Source: Epithemia pelagica
Taxonomy: Eukaryota; Protista; Bacillariophyta
Assembly: GCA_946965045.2 (NCBI GenBank)
Contig: OX337231.1
Coordinates: 744,001 to 808,000, forward strand
Direction of reading: 5' to 3'
DNA length: 64,000 bases
Numbering within the stretch: position 1 is the stretch's first letter; every line of letters begins with the position of its first letter. The notes under the pieces are model-generated. The model was not told the DNA's origin and did not search any database. It saw nothing but the letters and a program-made list of their open reading frames with translations. A program made the translations under genes and the position numbers. Shown in pieces: positions 55,791 to 64,000 of the stretch.

Positions 55791-55848
55791 CACCCGAATG
55801 ACTTTGGTACCTAGAGTAGCAGCGCTGGTATATCAAATGACTATGGGA
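55791..55848 (+). promoter_or_regulatory. Candidate SECIS element in the 3' UTR
   Basis: AUGAC (55798-55802) and UGAC (55838-55841) core; 11-bp helix II (UUUGG-UACC-AG with CU-GGUA-UCAAA, two small bulges); 10-nt apical loop AGUAGCAGCG; CCC/GGG helix I. Folded by hand; the apical AA is replaced by AG. Confidence 0.6.
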
Positions 55849-56201
55849 ACGAGGCGGATGAGACTGGCGAGGCGATTGACCCATGAGACAGTGGACTACC
55901 CGTAGAATCCAGCATATTCTAGAACTCTTTCCTTTTCTAGAAACTTGAGAGCGTTGGACTGTTTGTAGAAACTGGTGTAGATACTAGAATACAAAGTGTA
56001 TACACAACCGCAGAGTGCCATGTTGGTAGGTGACTGTGGGTGGTCTATGCATGGGAGGATATAAGAAAATGTAGTTGTTGTTGGAGATGCAGCGAAGAAT
56101 GATGCGATGCAAATAGGAAGAGAAGAAAGATTGTGCAAGGAAGGCGAGAGAGCGCGTCTGTTTTCTGGTAGGAGTAGGGTGCTGGCAAAGCATTGCCAGT
56201 G

Positions 56202-57626
56202 TCACACTTGAGTTAGTTCTTGTTTTCTGGAACGAGTGTTGATATTGTCCAAGCAGTGCCGGGGTGGTTCTTGCGGAGCTGCTGTTGACGATGATGATGA
56301 TGATGACGATGATTGGAAGGATCGAGATGCGCAAGATTGTTGGTGTTGTGGTTGTGGAGGGAGACAAATCCAGGGACTTTCTCGTACCAAAATGGTCAAG
56401 GCGGTCAAATCATTACTAAAATACCGCGCCACGGTGGAGATCCACGCGTGTTGGTCGGCGGGCAATTCTCGCAATTTGCGTCGTCGTCCTTCGCGATTTA
56501 ATTTCAAAAACAAGTGCACTTGTTTCTTGTACCACGTGGCTTCCGGATCGGTCGGACACAGCATCATGTCCAAGGCTTCCAAATGCACATGGGTTTGCAA
56601 GAGCGTCAACATGGCCTTCCAAGCGCGGGCCGTCACACGTCGGGTTTTGGTCAAGTCCAAGATTTTGACGGGTGCATTGGTCTGTCCCAGACATTGGCAC
56701 AAGGCTTCGACATGAGCATCTTGTACATGGAACCGCGAAATGACGAGCCAGGAAAGATGGGACAAGGTACCCAATTGGCTGAGAGCCTGAGGAGACGAGA
56801 CTCGATCCATTTGATCCATACTTTGCAAATAATCAAACGACTCATACGACAAGCCCAATTGCAAGGATTCCAAATTCACCAAACTCGCCATGGCCTCCAA
56901 CAGGGGATCCAATGTTCCCTCCATGAGAGACTGAGAATGCTGACTCCCATCCATTCTCATGAGCGTGTCATTATCATCACCAGGATCGTGGTCCTGTGGT
57001 GCCTCTGGTTGCTCTGATTCGTCCATCCACAAAAAGGCTGGATGCAGATTGGGTAAGGAGACTCGTTTCAAGGAGGGATGATTGCGAAATCCATTGGCCA
57101 ACCGTGTCACGTCACGGCGTGATTGCAAGAGTAAGTTCCGTTCAATCCGTAAGGTGCACAAGTGTTTTGCGGTGGACAAAAATTGGGACTGCGACAAGGC
57201 CGACGCGGCATCAATGGTAGTTTTGGTATATTCCAAGGTCCCAATGGACAAGACTCGTAGATTGGTCAAGGTTGTGGCACATCGATGCAAAAAGGCGGCC
57301 AATTCGGTGGGAGAATAGCTTGAATAAAAGTAGGGCCCCAAATAGACATCGGTGACACTGGTGTTCCCAATCATGGCTTGCTCAATTTCATTCCACGACG
57401 ATTCACCCGTCTGTTCCATGGATTGCATCAACGTTAACCGAGCTAAACAGTTGAATTTCAGTCCATTTACAATCATCATGGCAGCGCCATTTGTCGGTTG
57501 TTTCGTTTGTGGTGGGGACGGTGGTGGCTTGCCTCGATACATGGAGGAGGATTTGCTGGAAGAAGGACTTCTAGCTCCACCACGACTTTTGGAATGGTTT
57601 CGGATCTTTGGTTTTCGCATCAACAT
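56202..57626 (-). CDS. Leucine-rich-repeat (RNI-like) protein
   Basis: LTNLRVLSI, HPSLKRVSL, LVNLESLQL, VKILDL repeats and C-terminal FLKLNREGRR...LVRESP; the start is uncertain (the ORF extends to 57818). Confidence 0.55.
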   Translation of the reverse strand: MLMRKPKIRNHSKSRGGARSPSSSKSSSMYRGKPPPSPPQTKQPTNGAAMMIVNGLKFNCLARLTLMQSMEQTGESSWNEIEQAMIGNTSVTDVYLGPYFYSSYSPTELAAFLHRCATTLTNLRVLSIGTLEYTKTTIDAASALSQSQFLSTAKHLCTLRIERNLLLQSRRDVTRLANGFRNHPSLKRVSLPNLHPAFLWMDESEQPEAPQDHDPGDDNDTLMRMDGSQHSQSLMEGTLDPLLEAMASLVNLESLQLGLSYESFDYLQSMDQMDRVSSPQALSQLGTLSHLSWLVISRFHVQDAHVEALCQCLGQTNAPVKILDLTKTRRVTARAWKAMLTLLQTHVHLEALDMMLCPTDPEATWYKKQVHLFLKLNREGRRRKLRELPADQHAWISTVARYFSNDLTALTILVRESPWICLPPQPQHQQSCASRSFQSSSSSSSSSTAAPQEPPRHCLDNINTRSRKQELTQV

Positions 57627-58059
57627 ATTCACACAGGGTGTCGTCTCCTCTCTGGTTCTCGTCTCTCGATATCTCCTCGTTGTTTTGCTTCCCTTTTGGT
57701 AGGTACCAATTTTGGGACACTGGGCTTGGGATTGGGATTGCTCGTCGTTTGCGGAGGAAGAAGAAAAGAACGAGAAAAAAATCTCCTCCTGTCTGGATGA
57801 TCCACATTGATCACGCATGTGACTTCCGCTTCGATCTTTCTCGCGCTAGACACTGCCCCAGGAAATCTCCCATCTCTTCCCGAAAATAGGGGGGGAGAAG
57901 GCAGAGGAGAGGGGGAGAGGAGGGGGAGAGAGAAGGAGAGAAGAAGGAGATTCCGTAAGTCAGATTCCTTCATGAAATCGATCCGCGTATTGCTCGCAGT
58001 CTCACGTTTGTTTCCTCTGACGTATGAAATGTTCTAGGAAGCTCCAAGCTTCCCTCAGA

Positions 58060-61000
58060 GGGGAGAAGGCACTTCCCCTCCAAAACGATTAAGCCCTTCA
58101 TGTCGTTTCAGCACCTTTTTGTTATTGAAACGACATTCTACACTGGTACAATCCTCCCGACCATCCGATGACCTTTCACGTGGTTCTACGTAGCATGTGA
58201 TGAGGCGTATCCAGTCTGTGCTTCGCATCACGATCGGAACTGCTTGCACCTCGCACAAGATCTTGACATAATTTTTTTTGCTACGATGTTACTCACTACG
58301 AATTTTTCTTTTTGTTGTTTGTCATGCAGGTATTCAGGTCAATCAAGAGAATGAAGATGGTGCCTTGTTCAAGGCTCGTTTGGGGCAGCGTCGGTCATGG
58401 GGTGGACGTCCTTTCCCTCGTTCTACGCAGTACTTCATGTACTTGACGCAACAGAACTGGGTTTGGACACGAGGTGGTGGTCCGAAGGGAGGAACGGTGG
58501 GCATACATTGCGGGACGGATTGAAGACCACCCCAGCCATGGGGATTGCTGTGGAATGCAAAGGGGTATTGCTGTTGATCGGGGAGTGTTGTTGGCCATTG
58601 CTGATTTTGCTTGTACGGGTTGACAGGTTGGTTTTTCTGTCTTGTTGTCGTTGTTGTTGTTGTCGATTGCAGTACCACCAACCCATTTGCTGTTGTTGCC
58701 ATTGCAGGTGTGCTGTTTGCTGCATTCTGAGGCTCTTTGTGTTGTTGTTGTTGATCCTGCACTGTCGCTGCTGATTGATTTGTTGCTGCCATCGTTGTTG
58801 TTGGTAAGGCTTCGCTGTTGTTTGTAACCTTTTGCTTTTTGTTGCTGGTGTTGTTCTCATCCAAATCGTCGCTCTCTTTTTCTTCTCCCTCTCTTTCCTT
58901 TCTCTTATTGCTACTGATTGCCTGTGCTTGTGCTGTTTCTTGTTGTTGTGTCTGTTGTTGTGTTTCTTGCCGTGTCTGTTGTTGTGTTTCTGGCTGTGTC
59001 TGTGGTTGTTGTATTTGTTGGATTTCATCTTCGACCTCTGACTCCTCCTCTGCCAAACCCAACAATGGAATGGACGTGTCATGCGGCAACCTCTTCTTGT
59101 TGCTCGCACATTTTCGGCACTGGCATCGATCGTTGAGTGGATGCTTTGGAACTTGTTGTGTGATTTCTTTTCTCGTTTCCAGGTACTCGGAGAAAAACCG
59201 TTCTCCCGTATCTTCTGGAAGCTTCTCAACCTCTGGAAAGGGAGGACGAGAAGCTCCAGACATCGAGGCAAGTATATTGATCATGTTTGTTTTGCATGCG
59301 TTACCAAAACTCACCACCATTTCCCATCCTGCAGGCACCACTGAACGTTCTTCTTGAGACTTCGTCATGATTCTCATCTTGTGACGAATTGCCCTGTTAA
59401 ACTGGGCCGTGCCTGCCAAATTCAAAGCATCTGCGAGAGTTTCTCGCATGCCACAGTTGGCAAAATGCGTCAAATTGTCATGAAAGCTCTCGAGCTTACT
59501 CTCTCCTCTCAAAGGTACGTACTCCACTAGCTGGTTGCTTGATCTTGGTGATGGAGGTATCTCACGATACATTTTCTCCACGGGCAAGGGATCAGCAAGG
59601 AACTTTGCCTTCTCTTTACAGTTTTCCAGTGCTTGATGTGTTTCGGCCGTAAAAAGAGGTTGATTGGAGTGTGGATCCAATCGGCCTCGTGCTGGTGGCT
59701 TGCCAGGAGTGGAAGTGCACTTGTATTTGCACTTCCACTCCTCCAAGTTGAGGACAATCGTATCGCCACCCCGAATAATCTTCCGTAAGTGCTTTGAGTA
59801 CCTCTGTCGAAAGGTCTTTGTTCCCATCATTTCACTGATCTCTTCGTCTGTGTATTGTTTCTTGGAGCTTGACATGGTTCCATTTTTCAAAGAACCAACA
59901 AGTTTCTCCAAGTCTTCAGGATGGTACTCGTAGATTGCATCCAACAATTCCTTCATGGCTATCCCAAAGTCAATGTGCCGTTGTCTGAGCGTCTTGGTGA
60001 TCCTCTGTATGAAATGGAAAAGGCCAAGACGGCCCTCCAAGTCATCAACCAACAACAACCAAAAATCCTTGCCACAAGGCCATGTGTCAGAGTACATGGC
60101 CTTGGGGCAAAACCCGGTACGTCTCAGCACTTGTTCCGCAGCATGTGCAAACTCGAGTGCTGATGTGTCGTGCACTAACACTGCACAAGCAATTTCTCCT
60201 GTCTCTGTTGCCATGGTCCACATTGCAGCTGCATTGAGGCGTCTTGGATAATTTTTCACTACCTGGTGGGTGTGGTCGTGAGCAAACATGTGCTGGCATC
60301 TAACCCCTTGAATCTCTCTTGTGTTTCTCTCATTATCAGACACCATCCAGGGTTGCCACTCGGAGCTTGCTCCATCATCATATAGCTGGCGGATTGTCTC
60401 GCCTAAAGGTGGGTAGCGAACCAGAAACTCACCATCTTTTTGCACGTAGTCTTCTGATTCTTTTCCTGTAGCAGCACAATAAGAATAGTATCTCATTGTC
60501 TTGTCTTCATAGTAGGTGTTGATTCCTTCATAAAGCATCCGACTAATGTAATCCCCATTGCCATAGGTTACCATTGATGCTTCCATAATCCTCGTAGCAT
60601 CTTTAGCTAGATGCGATGTTCCTCTAGCATACTTGGATTCCACTGGGTAACACATAGCCATGTAGGGAGGCAGTCGTGCGAGCAATTCTCCATCATTCGC
60701 ATAGAAGGCAGCCGAGCACCCGGCACACTTGTATCCCATAAGTATTGCATACTTTGGGGGACCAGACATGGCGAAAATGGGGAAAAGGGACTTGTTTTTT
60801 GAAAAGTTCGATCGCGTACGCTGGAGATTACCCCGGCAACGAGGACAACGCAAGTGGTGACTGGGGAAAAACAGCTCCCAATCAACAACCAGGAGTTCCT
60901 GTCCCACAATCGAGTCGTACAAAGCACTCGTGTTGTCGGCAATGGGGGGTACAGTAACGGTAATATTAGTGAAGAAAGGTTTCAAATTCTCAACACAACG

Positions 61001-61956
61001 CTTAGAACCAAGGCACGTGTCGGTCACATAACTCGCCAACGCATGCACAGCACGTGGGACATGCACCTCCGTAGGTACTGCTGTCACACGCATAATTACC
61101 TCAAACTTGAAATCTTCGGCTGTTGGAACATACACGCCTTCCTCGCCACCAACGGTAGAACTTTCCGTTGCCGTAGTCTCCGTAGTTGATTGTGTTTTTT
61201 CATTTTCAGCGTCTCTTGTCGTTGCTTTTTTCGACGAGCAATTTGGACGATGCTCCATGAAAGTGTTGAGTGCCTCCTGTGTGACATTGGAGGCGGACAA
61301 TCTCTCTGCACTGGTAAGTTGCTTGCGGATTGCTTTGGCATGGGCAGCCTGGGCCTTTTCTGAGGCCACTACCTCTGCTCCTCTTCCATCGTTCATTCCC
61401 TTGCCCCTTGTTGTTGTGTTTTTGCTGCATCTGGGGTGGTGAGGGCGATGAGGGATGGCCATTCCTCTTGCCTTGGCCCTGCAGATGGGGCAGTCAATGT
61501 CGGACTCAAAGATGACCGAAAGGTCCATCTTTCTCCAACCTGAACGCTTCTTCCAACTCTTCTTTGGCCAACGAGAGTACTGATTTCCGTATCGTTGCGA
61601 CTGTGGCCCCATGGCCTTGGCCGCTGTGAATTGTGCTGCAGAACTCATGATCTCTATTTGTTATTCTAACTTATTGAAGTGTATCCTCTTTTCCAGGCTT
61701 CTGACCATGCTCAAAAGGGTCATAAGATGGTCAGAAGAGGACTTGTCGCAATGGTCGACTTGGCCATGCCATGGGCGACCGTGAAGGACCGACCGGATCG
61801 GCTGATGGAATCTTCCCTCCATGTTTTTTGTCCGTGATTCGATGGGTTCCCGGGACACGGTAAGACACCTGTAACGACATTTGTTTCCTAAGTGATTTTT
61901 TGTGAAACGACATTTCTAACCCAATCATATTGCTGCCTTTTGAAACTAACACCCCC
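58060..61956 (-). mobile_element. Putative DNA transposon with a single intact DDE-type transposase; ends approximate
   Basis: Inverted 11-mer ATGTCGTTTCA at 58100-58110 and 61903-61913, each ~40 nt inside a G-run (58060-58063) or C-run (61952-61956); no long TIR or TSD found. Confidence 0.45.
58343..61648 (-). CDS. Transposase-like protein (DUF6729-like Cys domain + DDE-type core)
   Basis: 1101-aa intronless ORF: CPICR..HHPRC; CPRC...YKCAGC...DGELLARLP; FAHDHT, MYSDTW, LFHFIQRI, KLESFH as candidate D/D/xxH/E; Q-rich tail; C-terminal CC...PPHDRRC. Confidence 0.65.
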   Translation of the reverse strand: MSSAAQFTAAKAMGPQSQRYGNQYSRWPKKSWKKRSGWRKMDLSVIFESDIDCPICRAKARGMAIPHRPHHPRCSKNTTTRGKGMNDGRGAEVVASEKAQAAHAKAIRKQLTSAERLSASNVTQEALNTFMEHRPNCSSKKATTRDAENEKTQSTTETTATESSTVGGEEGVYVPTAEDFKFEVIMRVTAVPTEVHVPRAVHALASYVTDTCLGSKRCVENLKPFFTNITVTVPPIADNTSALYDSIVGQELLVVDWELFFPSHHLRCPRCRGNLQRTRSNFSKNKSLFPIFAMSGPPKYAILMGYKCAGCSAAFYANDGELLARLPPYMAMCYPVESKYARGTSHLAKDATRIMEASMVTYGNGDYISRMLYEGINTYYEDKTMRYYSYCAATGKESEDYVQKDGEFLVRYPPLGETIRQLYDDGASSEWQPWMVSDNERNTREIQGVRCQHMFAHDHTHQVVKNYPRRLNAAAMWTMATETGEIACAVLVHDTSALEFAHAAEQVLRRTGFCPKAMYSDTWPCGKDFWLLLVDDLEGRLGLFHFIQRITKTLRQRHIDFGIAMKELLDAIYEYHPEDLEKLVGSLKNGTMSSSKKQYTDEEISEMMGTKTFRQRYSKHLRKIIRGGDTIVLNLEEWKCKYKCTSTPGKPPARGRLDPHSNQPLFTAETHQALENCKEKAKFLADPLPVEKMYREIPPSPRSSNQLVEYVPLRGESKLESFHDNLTHFANCGMRETLADALNLAGTAQFNRAIRHKMRIMTKSQEERSVVPAGWEMVVSFGNACKTNMINILASMSGASRPPFPEVEKLPEDTGERFFSEYLETRKEITQQVPKHPLNDRCQCRKCASNKKRLPHDTSIPLLGLAEEESEVEDEIQQIQQPQTQPETQQQTRQETQQQTQQQETAQAQAISSNKRKEREGEEKESDDLDENNTSNKKQKVTNNSEALPTTTMAATNQSAATVQDQQQQHKEPQNAANSTPAMATTANGLVVLQSTTTTTTTRQKNQPVNPYKQNQQWPTTLPDQQQYPFAFHSNPHGWGGLQSVPQCMPTVPPFGPPPRVQTQFCCVKYMKYCVERGKGRPPHDRRCPKRALNKAPSSFS

Positions 61957-62872
61957 TTGTGTGCTACAATAGGTTATGGGTTTGACTAAACTAGATCTTG
62001 GGGGGGGGGGGGTGATCGTGCGAGGAGTACGTGATGTGTGGGTTGAAGGGGTGGGGGAAGTAGCGGGTGGCCGGGCAGACGGTGAAGACAGAGGATCTTT
62101 GAAGACGTTGTATTTTGCGTTGTTGGGAGAGGTGCAAATCGATGTTGGCCAGAGCGTCAAGGATGTGTTGTGCTAGCGCAGTGGTGACCGCATGACCAAG
62201 GGAAAGAGTGGCATGCCGGGAAAGGGAATGTTGGAAAGGTTGTGGTTGTGGTTGTGAGCGCGTTTGGGCCTTGGGGAGGAGGTTGGAAGGGCCGTATTGG
62301 GTTAAATTGTTAAAAGCCAAAAAACCATCGTGTTGGGGAATGCAACGGTCGGAGCGGCCGAGTTGCGGGGAGGTCCAGGGTGGTGGGAGGAAGGGAGAAA
62401 AAGAGTATGGGGTCGGTGGGCCGAAGAAGAAGGTGTGGGCGAAATGTCCAAGACCTCCCAAGTGGTCGATGGAAAAAGGCAGAAGGAGGATGTTGTTGGA
62501 GTTCAGGAGGGCGGTGGTGGTGTTGTCATGAGTGAATTTCTGGCGGGCGGCGAGATGGTGTATCTTGGAGGCATCTTTGGCAATTTGTTCGAACGATAGA
62601 CCATGTCGAGTTTGCTCGTCAGTAGATTCGGTGGGAGGGAGTTGGGGATGGGCGGGTGGGATGGTGACGTCGAGAGCAACGTAGGAGAAACGGTTATCCG
62701 GAAAGGGTGGGTGTAATGCAAGGCCAATATCAGCGGGTCGGATGTTTCTTGGATGGTGGGGTAGGAGATTGGTGGGCTCCAGATGGATGTCCGATGCGGT
62801 GCGAGTCCATTCCGCACGGGGTGCCAATTCTTTCCGCCAGTCGCTAGTTGTAAATGAGAAGGCAGGAACCAT
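61957..62872 (-). mobile_element. 3' fragment of a CRE-like non-LTR retrotransposon with restriction-like endonuclease
   Basis: ORF 61991-62872: HLEP...RPADIGL...VALDVTI...KF...LLPFSIDHLGGLG, the RPAD/DVT/K/P..G pattern of RLE domains; RT is absent. Confidence 0.7.
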
Positions 62873-63614
62873 CTGCTATTTTGTTTGGATTCTTTATGAT
62901 ATCTTGTAAAACTGCAGCAGACTTCATCACGACATTGCGTTTGTACACAATCGATCACTGTCAATGCCGAGGAATTCGCGGAAGGAACCATGGTATTTTC
63001 GGGAAAATTGGAAAAAAGAGAAAAGACACACCCAGACCCAAACGTGCGCGAAAATCTGACCTTACTACCTACTTCTTGTCTACAGAGGGTAGCCTCGTCG
63101 CTCCGAAGACCATGGGGAACATGACGACTGCCGTAACATTTCAAAATCTTTGAATTTGATGGTATTGTTTGACACTCTGAGCATGGAAGACGCAGCATAT
63201 CTCCAACACGACCCGAAGCCAAAAGACGTTTTGTACATGGTCCAGAACCTCAACCTACCTAGCTAGAGAAGGTAGTCCTGGCCGGTGGTCATGAAAGCCA
63301 AAAGCGCGGTTGGCACGAACTCGATCCTATCCTTGACCTTCCACTAGCTACCACATCCAACATTAATCGAATAGGTCGAATTTTGAAGCGTTCCAGTTGG
63401 GACCATCGTGTGGCCATGCGCTGGTTGGTTGCAATAGAATAGTTTCACTTTGGTCTAGCAAAAGGTAACGTAAGGGAAACAATTCATACAAGCAGCCACG
63501 AGGCCAGAATGGCGCAGAAGGCTTTTGCTTCAGAGAACCAGGGGCGCAAAATGCATTTGTTCTTCCAGTTCATTCCGATTCCCATATTGCCGCAGCGGTC
63601 CACGCCAAGACTAC

Positions 63615-64000
63615 CTAGTTCTGCTTCGTTGACCAAAATGTGCTGTTTGGGCAAGGAATGATGCTCGGCTTGTTTGGGTCATGACAAACAATATGAGGTT
63701 CAGCCAAGCAGCAACGTGAATATGTGTTTTCGGATCGAAGATTCGATTCATTGTACTGCCTGGAGATACTCGTACAATGGTCGGCAACGAACCAATCCCC
63801 CATTTGCTGAAAGAACTTGAGCTTGTCCGTTTTTGATGCCGTCCAACTCATGTGAAAGAGTATTGGTTGTATCTCTCCTTTCACAAACTTTTTCATGTAA
63901 GACCGATCCATGCGATAACTATATCCGCCCGGGAATAGCGTTTCCTCTCGTGCATAAACTTTGATTTTGAGGGCATATAAGCTTGCGTGTTCCTGCAGCA
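63615..64000 (-). CDS. 3' end of a second GT77-like transferase, paralogue of 49438-51270, cut by the window edge
   Basis: Near-identical to 50885-51270 (LQEHASLYALKIKVYAREETLFPGG...FHMSWTASKTDKLKFFQQMGDW...IIPCPNSTFW). Confidence 0.9.
   Translation of the reverse strand, partial: LQEHASLYALKIKVYAREETLFPGGYSYRMDRSYMKKFVKGEIQPILFHMSWTASKTDKLKFFQQMGDWFVADHCTSISRQYNESNLRSENTYSRCCLAEPHIVCHDPNKPSIIPCPNSTFWSTKQN

Noticed and set aside
55776-55890. Alternative SECIS pairings using ATGA at 55776, 55837 or 55858
   Set aside because: None gives a continuous helix II stacked on the core; only the 55798/55838 pairing does.
62000-62012. G13 run as a telomeric or regulatory G-quadruplex
   Set aside because: A single homopolymer encoding poly-Pro at the end of the CRE-like ORF; no telomeric repeat units.
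63259-63353. Short imperfect inverted repeat (tagctagagaagg / ccttccactagcta)
   Set aside because: About 14 bp with mismatches and no TSD; too weak to call a MITE or ncRNA without copy-number data.

Overview
Eukaryotic nuclear DNA with short GT-AG introns, CAA/GTT-rich low-complexity tracts and CoDi-like Copia elements; most likely a pennate diatom (inference). Housekeeping genes: JmjC ribosomal oxygenase (absent from the ORF track), Rab18, RWDD1, MetRS, a signal-peptide-bearing proteasome beta subunit, GILT, molybdate transporter, TM9SF, two GT77-like transferases, F-box/SPRY and an LRR protein. These are interleaved with an accessory layer: HNH-like, NTPase-REase, papain-like and P-loop genes, three paralogues of an uncharacterised membrane protein, a MITE with a LINE inserted in its TIR, a Copia nested in a Copia, a DDE-type transposase and a CRE-like LINE fragment. 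Best candidate for new biology: a DCC1/DUF393 thiol-disulfide oxidoreductase (54753-55721) whose DxxCxxC motif reads D-G-A-C-G-V-TGA in frame, followed ~75 nt after the stop by a SECIS-like hairpin, i.e. a probable selenoprotein in a family I do not recognise as Sec-containing. Second: a YEATS-amidoligase fusion (24014-25384). All calls are by eye from motifs; no searches were run.
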